This document shows, piece by piece, positions 26,143-39,349 of a stretch of 64,000 nt of DNA. The notes beneath the pieces were generated by a model. That model did no database searches, was not told the origin of the DNA, and was given only the letters and a program-made list of their open reading frames with translations. The position numbers and the translations under genes are program-made. Positions within the stretch are counted from its first letter, which is position 1; each line of letters begins with the position of its first letter. Source of the DNA: Paramecium tetraurelia (taxonomy: Eukaryota); contig CT868071.1 of the NCBI GenBank assembly GCA_000165425.1, positions 7,089-71,088 on the forward strand, read 5' to 3'.

Positions 26143-28206
26143 ATGGATTCTCAAAAGAGGAAGCGTCTAATAATTTAATATTCGTTAAAATTAAAAGAAC
26201 TCAAAGAAGGAAGAGATAGTTCTGAACAGAAAGCATAACGAGCTCATTAAAAATCTCGAGTACTCAAAACTGAGTCCTCTGTTTCATTAGTTAAATTACC
26301 ACAATAAATTCAAATGCCTCCCGTAGATGATATCATTTCTAAGGGGGAATGTAAATTAATTTTCTTACAAACTTAATCTGATGATACAGGATTTCGTACA
26401 TTTAATGAAATGATGAGGACCAATTCAAGTTGGCTTACCTAAGCAGATAAATTGGCGAATACTCTTAGTAGTCCAATGCAATTAAAGAACAGACTTCAAT
26501 TTAATCATACTCAAGCATTGAAGTTCAAGAACCGAATTGAATAAAAATGGAATATGACAGTCAAAGAAGTGGCTGATACTATAATACAAAAATAAGAATA
26601 AAAGGACCAATAAAAAATTAAATTAGTTCATTTAAAGATTAATCATTTTGATACTGACGAAATAGGACAATAGCAGGAGGAATGTCCAACACCTTCTCAA
26701 TCATAAGAAGTGATAACTGCAAATTTAAAGTTTTTTTGGTTTCACATATCAATATCAGATTGGAAACCACCTATTCGCGAAGGTTGTACAGTGACTTATA
26801 TCCAAAATTTGAATAAATGCATAATGTATGGTGGAATAGGAAATGATTTATTTAAGACTTTTGTAACTCTGAATACTCAGACATGGGTATGGAAGGATAT
26901 TGGACCTGGAGTAGGAGATGTCCCATTAGAGGGTAGATTCGGACATACCGCTACACTTTATAAGCAATAATTGATAATTTATGGAGGAGAGAAAAAATAC
27001 AACAGTGCAATGAAGATGAGAGAGTGTTATGGGGATGTTCGTATATTTACTCCAAGTGATAAAACCTGGATCTTGATTAAACCATACGGAGATGTAGTGG
27101 AAGGGCGACGCAATCATTGTGCAGAAGTAATTGGTAAATATTTCATTGTTTACGGTGGGATCAATTCATATGGTAAAATCTTGACAGATGTGGCAGGGCT
27201 TAATTTGGAAACATGTAAATGGTATTTATTAAACTATATTGCTAAGGACTTCATTTCAAATTGAGAATTCAGTTGGATTGGAAGGAGTTTCTGATGCAAC
27301 CTCTTTGGCCATGTTCAAAAGTGAAATTAAAATGGAAAACCCTTATTTCAGTTATGAATGGGTCAAAAAAAAGGGAAGGTCTTTCTTGCCCATTACAACT
27401 GAAGGCATTTATGTTTTCGGAGGGAGATTATAAAATGGAGAAGCAATTAATGACCTCAGAATTATCTAGTTTGGATTCAAACCGATTAAAATTACAAAAG
27501 TCAAGACAAAAGTAATCAATTATGTAATTAGGGATAACCACCATTAGCTCGATATTCTCATTCAATGAATTACTTTAGATAAACCAATGTCATCATTATC
27601 TATGGTGGCAGGAATGACTCAAAATAAGGAAATATCCTTAATGATATATTTGTATTGCAAATCCAATAATTCTCATGGTCTTAAGTTTAATAGATCTAAT
27701 AATTGTACTCATTCATATTTATTAGTAGAAAAAATGGCAAGTGCAGACATTCAAGTGTCTCCATTGATTCTAAAATACTTATTTTCGGAGGCTATGCTTA
27801 ACATGTGTTTGCCAATGCAGATATCCAATTATTGGAATTAGATTAGAATAAAGTGGCTAAAATGATTAAAGATAATAAAAGTAATAAAAATAGAGATGTT
27901 GTTATTCACAGTGATGAATTAGTTAATAACAACACTCTCAAAGTTTTTAAAACTGAATACTATAATGAGGCAGAAGACCCAGATCTTAAACAAAAGAAAA
28001 TCTAAGAAAATGAATTCCAAAGATTATGTTACAGCAATTTCAAAAGTTTCATGCCTCTGCCTCCACAAAATCATTCATCTTTGGTTACTGAATACAAAAA
28101 TAAGAGAGAATAAGCCAAATTAGAAATTCTCAAAAGCTAATTTAATGATGTAAGCAGAAGAAACAGTCGTAGAACAACTAGTGACTTCAAAATTATTGAA
28201 AAATGA
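26143..28206 (+). CDS. Kelch-repeat (beta-propeller) protein
   Basis: Repeated motifs PPIREGCT...MYGG, GRFGHTA...IYGG, GRRNHCA...VYGG, YVFGG, PLARYSHS...IYGG and CRHSS...IFGG; several short introns; TGA at 28204. Confidence 0.9.
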
Positions 28207-28252
28207 TTAGAAAAGAAATAATGAAATTTTATATTTTGTTTTAATTTAATTT

Positions 28253-29253
28253 ATGATCACCGTTCCCCAAGGTGAAAGATTAGAATGTTTCAGAATGGAT
28301 GGATAATTCGTAGGGACTCTTACATTAAATAACACTAAACCAAACAAGTACTTAATTAATTAAATCTAAGCTGTTGCGCCTTTAAAATAAGGACAAATAA
28401 CACATAAGATATTCAAGTAATGCCCCATATAGGATCTTTTACAGGGCAGTATTTTAAAGTTGTCGTTAAATGTCTAAAGTATTAATGTATAGATAGATCA
28501 TTTAATGTTAGCTAATGCAAAATTATAGGTTTTGATTGTGGATTTAACTGATTAAAATTTCAACAAATCCGACGTTAAGTCTCTAGCGTCTTATTTTGAT
28601 ACTTATTCTAACAGCTCATTTGTTTAAAAAATTAAAATAGAAATAATTACTATCGATCAAAATTAAATGACCAAATAATCAAATATCATTAATCAATCAA
28701 TCTCCTTAAGTAAGAATATAGAAGAAAGTATTTACCATTAACAAGAATTCACTTACGAGCAAAATGCTGTTCAAAGAAAAAATGAATAAATGAAATAATA
28801 GCAAAATAAAAATCCGATAACTAATTCTGACCCATTTTAAAGTGTTAGTAGAGTGTCTGCTTCTGAATAGAAATATCTTACATCTACTACATTTCAATAA
28901 ATTAAATAAACTCCATCTAAGCAATCATCAAATTCATAAAATAATCTGCCCCTTGACTATCTACCTCCAAAACCCTAATCTTATCCACATTAACCTTAAC
29001 AACCAAAATTGCATAATTACTAAGCATAAGATTTTGAGGAGGACCCATAAATCTAACGATTAAATCTCAGATTAAATTAATTATAAATAGAATTAAATAA
29101 ACAATAGGAAGAACTACAAAACAATGAAAAAGAAAAAACCTTACTGTTAAATTAGGAAATGGATTAAAATTAAGGATAAATATTTGTGAGTGTCCAGCAT
29201 ATATTTTTTTCAGCATTATTTTGTTTCTTAATAGGTTATGTGCCACAAATTGA
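28253..29253 (+). CDS. MSP-domain (VAP/Scs2-like) protein with coiled coil and C-terminal transmembrane segment; 3' end uncertain
   Basis: GTLTLNNTKPN|CCAFKIRTNNTQDIQVMPHIG resembles MSP (L-x-L-x-N...AFK[VI][KR]T...V-x-P-x-x-G), followed by AKLQVLI, a Pro/Gln linker, a coiled coil and hydrophobic QHIFFSALFCFLIGY. Confidence 0.6.
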
Positions 29254-29641
29254 TTTTTTATTTTTTATAAAACTATAAAATTCCATTATTTCTTCATAAA
29301 TATGTAACATATAGTTAAGATTAAATATTACATATTCATAAAATATGCAAATAGTTTCAAGTTAAGCAACTGATAATATAAAACTGATTAATTAATTAAA
29401 ATTGTATTCCAAATAATAATATTCAATTAAGAATAATTTATAAGTAATAAAAAAATCTTTTTATTTCTAATTCAATGACAACAATTATAAAGAAAAATTT
29501 CTTTAGAAAGTTAGATCTAGAGTATTTGAATTAAGCTTTCATTATAAATGCCTATATTCATCGGATACAAGGATAGATAAAAAACATTTTATCTGAATTG
29601 ATTAAATTTAATTATTTCTAATGACAAATATATATATATCT

Positions 29642-31312
29642 TCAATTTGATTTTTAATATTCCAACCAGGTTTATAATTCTTTCTTTGTATCTAGATACT
29701 CTTACGAATTAATATCAACAGCTCCTAAGATATCAGCTAATAGATTGTCCTCTGATGGAGAAGCAGCCTCTAATTTCTCTTTTAAGGCATTTTATTTAAA
29801 CAATTCTGGCTCATGCTTATAAATTGCTGCTATATTGCAATCCAAAGCATCATCAGCATTTGGATTTTAAAGCATCACTGAAACTGCATCAAGTACTTTT
29901 GTAGTTGTGAGTAAAGGACTCCATGAAGTATTTAAAACATCCAAGCAAAGTGATCCGCCTCTACTGACATTAGGATGATATAATTTAGTGATGAACTACA
30001 CTTTTGGAGGTCTGAAAGGATAATTTTAAGTGAAAACATAACTTAAAATGTATAATCCACCTTCATAAACTGTGCCTTTAGGACCATATAATAAGATCTT
30101 CCATGTTTTGATATCATCAGCAGTGGGATAACATTTAAAATTCAATTTATCACCCTATGCTGTAACATCTTGGAGTTCTTTTAAAATTCTTGCTGTGTTA
30201 TTTACACTCTAAGAGGTTGAGCTAGAATTTTAAGGGGCGCTTTCGATTTGTGATATTTTCTTTAAAATTTCTTCTTTTTTCATAACTGCAATTTTTTAGA
30301 CATCCATTGATACAACTTTCATTCCATCAGTATCAAAAGGTTTATCTTTCAATGAATTTAAATCTTGCAATTCTTTTGGATACTCTTTTTGTTCTCTATG
30401 GCTTATACTTAATATGCTTTCTATTTCAAATAAAGACATGCCTTCAGCCAAAGTTTAAGGACAATAGCATCTACCATTTGTTGCATGAGTCAAAGTTTTT
30501 AAACCAACACAATCATTATTTACAACAAAGGAATCTATTATAATTTAATTTTCAAATATTCTATTAACTAAACTTTAAGGATTTTCTTTTGATTAATTAT
30601 CGTCTCCATCAGTTAATGCAATTATTCTTAAGATAATATTTGGATATTTTTTCTTGATTTCTTTCAACTATTCAATTGCATAGGCTATTGCATCATAACA
30701 TTTAGTTCCACCTCTTGGGGATGCATCATCGACTAATTTTATGAAATTATTAAAATCGTTTGTGAAGTCACATTTATCTGTTATAAAGGATTCAAACCAT
30801 ACAAGTTTTACTATGTGATTAAATTCAAAAGCCAATGTTTTATCGGCAAAGGCAGAGAAAAACGCATTGACAGCTCCAATTCTAGATAGTTCCTCTTCTT
30901 TAAAATACATTCCGCCCATTGATCCTGAAATATCAAATAACACAACTATAGCTTCTACAGGATCATTATTTTGATTGAGATCTTACTATAATTATTCTTA
31001 TTATTCTTCTTAAGCTACTATTTGTTGTTATTATTACTGATTTACTATATTTTATTTTTATTCCTATTACACTACCTTTACTATATCATTTGTTTTCAGT
31101 AAATTTCCAATTGTTTCACTTTCATTTAAAATAAATCCTTCTTCATCTTAAAGCAAAACTTAATTCTCATCAATATTAATTCCATTCTCTAAAAAGTTCT
31201 TAAATATTTATTTTTTTAAGTCATTTATCTGTTTTTAAGGATCATCAATAATTAATTTTTGTTTTACTTCTCCAAAGGTAACTCTTAATATCAAATTTTA
31301 ATTTGAGTTCAT
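29642..31312 (-). CDS. Fusion protein: probable ubiquitin-like domain + vWA domain + ubiquitin-conjugating E2 domain
   Basis: One intronless frame contains the vWA motifs VVLFDISGSM...GGTKCYDAI...IIALTDGDDN and the E2 motifs RILKELQD...GPKGTVYEGG...YPFRPPKV...YHPNVSRGGSLCLDVLNTSWSP, with the catalytic Cys present. Confidence 0.9.
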
Positions 31313-31779
31313 TCTTAGTTATTTTATATACTAGTAATTCTAATTGGCTTAAAAGTTTTAATGAAAAAATTCTAATGGGATCTGATTAATTCTGATAGTA
31401 ATATTGGGAAATAAAAAAAATATTAAAATTTTATAATTGAATAATACACTTTAATTCTTTTAATAGCATTATAATAATTTACTAAGTTAAAGATTAAATA
31501 ATCATTATTCTCATTTATAAGTTATCCATCATCTTTTGAAAACAATTTTCATTACTTTCTATACACTTTATTAGGGAGTCAGATTTGTTAATTATAATAA
31601 TTATATATATGAAATTTATAATTGATCAAGCAAGCTTGCTTAAATCTTCTTACATTTTAACCTATTTGTAAATTAAAGTGTTAAATAATTGAGATACCTC
31701 ATGTCTTAAATTATAAAATTGATAAATTAAATTAAATCATTTAGAAAAAGATTATATGTATAATTTTATAGATTATTCT

Positions 31780-32837
31780 TCATTTCAAATAATACTCATC
31801 ATTTTAAGTAAATATATCTTTGTGTTTTGATATATATTCCAAAGTCATCTCTTTGCAATAAAAGGCAGCTTGCTTAGATGTACAAAATGTATTTTTTGGA
31901 ACATATCCATTTTCTTTAGGTTAAAATTCAACTTCAAAAAACAATTAAAAATTCAATCTTTCAGAATTACTTAATCCGTGATCTATTATTCCATATGTAT
32001 GAGATACAATGCTTTTGATTTCATCTAATCCCACTTAACCTTAATCAACTTAAGAATTTGAAATTGTAATCATGCTAACATGATCAATTGTTTTGACTGA
32101 GTTAATAAAATCTTATGCTAATACAGGTTGAAACTCTGAAGGTATTCCAGGTTTACCTTTTGATTTGAGTTTGCTTAATTTTTTTAATCTTCTTAGCTTC
32201 AATTTTTAAATAGGTAATTTTATTTTAGGTTTTTTGTTTTCTTTTGAAATTTATTGCTTTTCTTGGAAGTTACACTTAGATTCTTCCTTTTTTATACTTG
32301 GTAATGTTTTCTAAGGTTATTAATTAGGTTCCTTAATTTGGAGACTATTAGTAGAAATTATTACAGGATTCTCTCTTACAATAGGTTGCTTTTCTTCTTA
32401 TGAAGACAAACTAATTTTTAAAGATTCGGAATCAGTAATTACAATACTTGGTACTTGCTTTGGGGGAGGAGAGATAGTTATTTACTTCAATTTTTTATTT
32501 TATAGTGGCTTTTAATTTTTACTAATTTTATGATTTTTTAGCTATTTTTATTTAGTTGTCTTTTTTTATTATTTTTGTGGGATTGGCTTTTCGTTGTGGT
32601 TAGGGGATGAACTTATTTGAATGACAAAGTCATCTAATCTAGTTTATTTCTAATTTAGATAAAATGAATTACTTTTGGTTTATTAGATAAAACATTCCAT
32701 TCAGATGACAATTTATTTCTAATCTATCGAAATGTTAACTTGGGATGAATTGATTTGCAAATATGCTTATTTCTCTCTATATAGTCTTCCTCAGATTAGT
32801 ATGAGGGTTGAGCTGAGATTGATCTTCTAGTTTTCAT
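31780..32837 (-). CDS. Lys-rich nuclear-type protein with a C-terminal chromo-shadow-like domain and an N-terminal HMG-box-like segment
   Basis: N-terminus MKTRRS...YIERNKHICKSIHPKLTFRQIRNKLSSEWNVLS resembles HMG helices 1-2. C-terminus LFFEVEFQPKENGYVPKNTFCTSKQAAFYCKEMTLEYISKH resembles ciliate chromo-shadow-like domains. Confidence 0.55.
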
Positions 32838-33344
32838 TTTTATGATTAATTATTCTACTTATTTTTGAGTTCATAAATAGTTTTGAATAAGTAACATATA
32901 TGTGAGTATAAATATATTGAAGAAAAAGTTTAAAATAATGGAAATTATTAAAATGAGTTTAGAACTAAGTAAATATTCGCTTAATGGATCTGTGTTTGGC
33001 AATTCTGTCATACCCATGATTTGCATTTATTTTGTTCTTCTCTAAATATTTTTAAGAAAATCATGTTAAAGTAAAAAATAGAACCAAAATCTATTCACTA
33101 ATTTTATAAGGGATTGTTGAGTCTATTTCAAGTTTGTCTAATTTGAGATTTTTTGGAAATAGTAATAATTTTTGAATTAAATTTAAAAAAATGCTTCAAT
33201 GCTTAGATATCATTTACTCTAGTTAGATAATCTACTAGTTTTAAATCGTATTTCAAGATTCAAGTTGAAAGTCCGCAGAATCTAGTATAGATGAATATTA
33301 GTAATATTAATATAATATTAATAATAATATTTAATAATAAATTC

Positions 33345-34959
33345 ATGTTGTTTGATCCTAAACAAGAGAATTTGCCATATACATTTGCCTTGATCAAACC
33401 CAGATACAACTCTTAAACCAAATGTGGTGTAGGAGGTTGTAAATAAAATTGAAGCAGCCGGATTAACTATAAAAAACTTTGTTTAAGTATAGTGTTTAAC
33501 AATTATCTATTGAGAGAACTCTACAGAGAAGAAGTACTGAATCTGTTTTTCAAATAATAAAAGTATATGGATGAAATTATGACATATATGTTATCAGGAG
33601 AATGTGTAATGTTTCTTTTATGCCATGAAACTGAAAATCCTATAATGGTGTGGAAAAAGATGATTGGAAATAAAGATCCAGCCGAGGCTAAAAAAGCAGA
33701 TCCACAATCCTTAAGAGCAACATATGGAACATCTATAATTAAAAATGAATTTCATGGTAGTGATGATCCATTTTCTGCTAACAAAGAAAGAGATATTTTT
33801 AAGTTCCCAATTCCTCAAAAAATACCTGATTTCAAGTTTGACAAAATGTTAGTGTCTTTAGAGACACTATTTAAATTTTTATATCCTCCTAACTTAGAAC
33901 ATTCAAATGCATTAGAAAGACTAGACATTTTTGCCATTTATGGTCCTTGTGTCAATTATCACAGTGTTGATCAATGTCTATGTAGGGAATGTGCAATCGT
34001 TGGAAAAGAGCATCTAGAAGGTGTAAGGGAATCACTTATAGCCACTGAACAAACAAAATTAGGAATTAAAATTCGACCCCAACCAACAACAGCTACTAAA
34101 ACATAACTGCCGTAAAGAGTTCAACTACCACCTATAAGATTATTGAAAGAGGAAGACATCAAATAAGTTTATTAGTAATTGTGTGAAAAGTGTCAATTTC
34201 ATTGTAATGGCTACGCACATTTACAAGGTGGAAGGAATATGCAGCATGTTATGACTGATTAAGAATTAAACACTTTAGCCAAGGAGATGAACAAATAGGA
34301 AATCTTGGAATTACTTTATAGTGAAAAGGGTAATGCTGCTAATGTCATGATTGAAACTATCGACCTTAATGAACCTAATCATTACACTAAGGAAATGATT
34401 GAATTATTGTTTCAGGAATTAGAAACTGACTACTATAATAGATTTAAATTTTATCATCTTTAGAATGTCATTTTAGAAGACAGAAGGATTAGAATGAATG
34501 CTTGGATGAGCATTCTAATAAATAAACCTATTCATAGATTCAAAAATCCTAAATTGGTATGTAAAGTACCACCTGAAATGAGAAAGAACCCTGAAAGCAT
34601 TCACTACACCATCAATAGAATCTTACCACTTAATCAAACATATAAGAAGAAAGACATTACTAAAATGCCTTTGGATTTCCCACCAAATATTGCAGATAAG
34701 GAAAAACTAAATCCAAATGAAGAGAAGCTAGCGTTGTTGAAGAAACTTCATAGAGACACACATCACATGGTTGAAATTTAAGATGCGAAGAAGGTTTTCA
34801 TATTTCTCATTCTTTTAGGTTGTTTCTAATGGTGTATACTTATTGCGTAAGTATAATGACGGAAGAAATGGTGATTGGGATAACTACTCATCACTTAAGG
34901 GCATGAATAGAGGTTCATATGTAAATTACGAAGAAAAAAAGAAAAAAGAAAAACTTTGA
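33345..34959 (+). CDS. Nucleoside diphosphate kinase (NDK/NME)-domain protein with a long C-terminal extension
   Basis: TFALIKP(D)...KIEAAGL...YMLSG...WKKMIG...PQSLRATYGTSIIKNEFHGSD retains the catalytic His motif. The model needs one extra C removed at 33399-33401, and the first intron boundary is uncertain. Confidence 0.85.
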
Positions 34960-35138
34960 TTTGTTTCGTATGCATTATCGATTAAATTTATTATCATTTA
35001 AATTCTACTAGACTTTCAGAAAACAATATACAATATTAATAGAATTATTATTCAATATTATAGTCGTGACTATTAAATTCATAAATCGCGTGCATTAATT
35101 TTGAGATTGATAAGTTTATATTATATAAAATATTTTTA

Positions 35139-36872
35139 ATGGAGGTAACAATAGAATTACAAGGCCAATATTAAGTTGAGTCATTTGAAACTATTTTAAA
35201 TGAGAAATCTACACTTTTAAATATTGCAGAAATCATTTAAGAGGCTTAGTATTATGAGTAAATATTTTATCAAAATCTAGATAGTTTAACTTAAGTGAGT
35301 TATTCTGTTTGGAGGTAAAGGGCTAGAATAAATTTATAAGTGGAAGGTAAACATCAATTAAAGCATGTCTAATTTAATATAAGATTGACATAAGAGTGCT
35401 AACCTTCTATAGAGGACTGGATGGCTAGAAAAAAAGTTTGAATTCATTCATTTATTATAGTGAATAAAGGAGTGGTTCTCGATTAAAATATCAGAGTGGA
35501 ATCCAATACCAATCAAATCAACCAACAGGTTGCTTCGCCAGAAGAGGACATTTGGAAAGTTTAGAAAAATACTTAATAAGCAGGAGGAGTCATTATCGGA
35601 GGAGGGAATATTTCAGCATCACAACATTTAAAGAATTTGGAGAGGAATATTAATCAGCAAAATTAAAAAGTCAATTTTGATGCTCCAAATTAATTAGAAA
35701 CAGTATAATCTTATTCAAACTAACCTATAGTGTAATAAAATTCAATCATAAATTCTCAACCAAATTAAATCGGATAAGCATAAGTTAACTTATAATAAGG
35801 TACATATTTTGGAAAGAACTAACAATAATTTAATTAATAATAATCAGCCTAAGCCGTTAATTAGTTGAAAATTTAAGAATAATAAATTAGAGAACCATAA
35901 AATTAATATTAACCATCTAATATATCAAACTAAGGAGGGTATGAAATTGGTGGAGATGTAACATAAAGTCAATATATAAGATAATTACAACAAAATAGCT
36001 AATCAAATATTGAAAGATAACATTAATAACAAATTGATCCCTTGCTTACAATGTAATCAGCTCAATCGCAATAATCAAGTTCTATAAAAATAAAAGATAT
36101 GGTAGATATTTAATAGTCTCAATAATCTCAGAATACAAATCAAATAAGCTCAAAGATTGTTGTAAGATAATAAATTCAATAAACTTAATAAGACAATACA
36201 CAACCAGTTGATCATCTTTTATAAAGACAATAGCCGCAATAATAATAATAATATAATAATAACCAACCAACTGATCCTCATTCTTCAAATTAATAGCCAC
36301 ATTTAACACAATAAATTAATAATCAGCAATCTGACCTTTTTTCAAGATAATAGGTATATTCAACATAAAATACATAATCAATGAATAATCAATCAGTCGA
36401 TTCTTTTTCTTCAAGATAATAGGTAGAATAAGCATTATCAACATAATAAAACAGTAATCAGCAAATTAATCCTCTTTTTTAAAGACAATAGGCTCAATCA
36501 CTTTATTAAAACAACAACCAACCTTCTGATCATCTTTTCATAAGATAAACACAATAACAATAACAATAACAATAATAACTTAATCATCAATATGTTGAAT
36601 CTCAACTTACAAAATAGTATACGCAATAACCTTTAGAAAATAATATCCAACTAGATGAATCTCTTTTTTCAAGAAAAACAGTGTAATAAATATCATAAAC
36701 AAGTACCTCAAAAGACAATAAGACTAATATAAGTCTAAATCCTTAAGTACAACCCGAACAATCAATTCAGAAATTATATTAATTTTTATTACATATGAAT
36801 CCTTCTCAAGAGAAGAGTTTAATAGAGTTTTTGTAAGAAAAATAAATTTAATATAAATATACCTAAAACTGA
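35139..36872 (+). CDS. Gln-rich low-complexity protein with degenerate D-x-L-F-x-R-Q-Q repeats
   Basis: A long open frame in the ciliate code ends at TGA 36870-36872. Repeats VDHLLQRQQ, SDLFSRQQ, VDSFSSRQQ, INPLFQRQQ, SDHLFIRQ and DESLFSRK lie in 36030-36680. Confidence 0.7.
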
Positions 36873-36967
36873 ATTATATTAAATAATATTTTAATATAAA
36901 ATTTAAGAAAGAATTTTAATACCATTTAAATTTACTTCATTCTCATAAAAGAAAATATATAATTATA

Positions 36968-38447
36968 ATGTAAATACAAAGAAAAGATCATAGCAAATTG
37001 GCAATAATTGGAAATGTTGATTCTGGTAAATCAACCTTAGTTGGTGTATTAACAAAAGGAATTTTGGACGATGGAAGAGGAGGTGCAAGAGAAGTACAAA
37101 ATATTGTAATATTTAGCGTGTCTTCAATTATAAACATGAGAAGGAAAATGGAAGGACTTCATCTGTGGCCTAGGAGATTATGGGCTTCGATGAGAATTTG
37201 AAATAGGTGTTACCTGAGAGATTCAATCAAAATAAAAACAAATACTGGAGTTAAGTTGTAGAGAAGAGTGAAAAGATTGTGACCTTCTTAGATCTATGTG
37301 GTCATGAGAAATATTTGAAAACCACTATTTTTGGTTTAGTAGCAATGATCCCTGATTACTCTTTGATCATTGTAGGCGCAAATATGGGTGTGTCAAAGAT
37401 GACAAGGGAACATTTAGGTGTCAGTCTCTTTCTTAAAAATACCATTCGCCATCGTCTTGACAAAAGTGGACATAGCACCCTAAAATATTTACAACGAAAC
37501 TATAGAACATATCAAATCTCTGATAAAGAGTCCTGCGATTAAAAGAACTCCAATATAATTTGATGAGAAATCTGATATGAATGAAATAGACAAATGGGCA
37601 GGATTAATGCATGGAAATAATGTTGTGCCCATCTTCCAAGTCTCCAGCGTGTCAGGAAATGGATTATAGCAATTGACTCGTTTCATAAGCAAAGTGCCAA
37701 ATAGAGATCAACTCAACAAAGCATATCAAACAGTCAACGATCCATTACAATTTGACATCTAAGAGAACTTTAATGTTTCAGGTGTCGGAATTGTAGTGAG
37801 TGGAATAATAAGAAGTGGAAAAGCAGTTCTAAACTAACATGTGCTTTTAGGTCCAGATAAGGCTAAATGTAAATTTGAAATCCTATAGTAGAATTTAAAC
37901 CTGTGACCATTAAATCTATTCACATCAATAGAGTCTTGACTGATACTGCACAAGTAGGAGAATTTGCTTGCTTTTCTCTAAAACCCTCCAAAGCTGGTGA
38001 TAAATTAGATAGAGCAGATTTTAGAAAAGGGATGATTATCATTGACCCAGCTTTAAAATAGGAACCTGTAACTGAATTCGAAGTATAATTATTATTCTAA
38101 ATCAGGCCAATATCCATATCCTTCATCATCCTACTACAATGAGTAAAGGATATCAAGCAGTTATGCATTGTGGAGTTATTAGATAGGCAGTCGAAATTAA
38201 GAACATACTCCAAAATGAAGTATTGAGAACTGGTGATGTTGATACCGTTAGGTAAATTTCAATTCTAATTGTTAGATTAAAATTCTTATATGCAGCTGAA
38301 TTTCTATAAACTGATTAAATATTAGTAATAAGAGAGGGAAGAACTAAAATTTTTGGATATATCTCAAAATTAATTACAGATAAATAAATTGAAGATGAGA
38401 AGAAAGCTTTAGTCAACCCAAATCTTTAAATAAAACAATAACTTTGA
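36968..38447 (+). CDS. GTP-binding protein 1/2 (translational GTPase, GTPBP family)
   Basis: [81 protein letters not shown]. The model needs one extra A removed at 37435-37439. Confidence 0.92.
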
Positions 38448-38536
38448 TTTGTTATTTTATTTTAATAAATCTCATTTATATTAATTTTTAACATAAATTT
38501 ATTAATACGAATATAATTATGTTTTTATAGTTTAGT

Positions 38537-39261
38537 TCAATGCTTTCTAAATTAGTATAATTCATTAAGCTGATTTATTTTCTCTTATTTTGCTTTTCTT
38601 TCTAAATTTAAACGATTTTATATTTCTCTCGCTCTTGATTTTTCGGTTGACAATTATCCATTTTTATGTTACTTTGAATCGCTATCTATAAATGACCTTC
38701 TCTTTTCATTTTCTTCTTGAATTCTTCTACTAATTTCTTCATCAATTTTTTTCTTTGGATCTTCATGTTAGGTAGATTCTAATACACTTACTCTTCCTCC
38801 TTGAACAAAACTGCTTTATAAAGGCGCCTTTAATTTATTCATGATTTCCTCATACATTTCATCCAACTACCTTTAACATTGCAATTACAATCTTTGAGAC
38901 TCCTATTTAATTTAGATATCGATATCCTTAAAACTAGGTTCAACTAATTAATGGATCAATTAATTAATTCTTTCATCTTGATGAGTAGCTTAAGAATGAG
39001 AATAAATAGTATACTCATTTGATTTATTTCTCTCTACAACATGAGAATGGTTTTTTCAAAGCGTTCAATTTTGTAAGTTAGACCTTCATCATTTCTACAA
39101 CGATCCAAATTCAAACCTTGAAACTGGTGAATGACATGATCCAATTATTTATTTAATTCATTTATTCGCTTGTCTTATAATTGGGTGAGATTTTCAATAA
39201 ATCCCAATCGATCCTCAACGATTTTGAGTCTCATGCTCATGTTTTCGTTCTCTAAAAACAT
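38537..39261 (-). CDS. Hypothetical coiled-coil protein
   Basis: MFLENENMSMRLKIVEDRLGFIENLTQLQDKRINEL... to ...KKKQNKRKQISLMNYTNLESI region, ending at TGA 38537-38539; no domain recognised. Confidence 0.65.
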
Positions 39262-39349
39262 TTATAGTAAAATAAAATAATTATAAAATAAAATGTAAAG
39301 AATATAAAATGAGGGTTGCTTAATATATTTTTTAAGAAATAAATTGTTA

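Noticed and set aside
37430..37445. Euplotes-style programmed +1 frameshift in the GTPBP gene
   Set aside because: There is no in-frame AAA-TAA/TAG site, and TAR is sense here. A homopolymer error is simpler.
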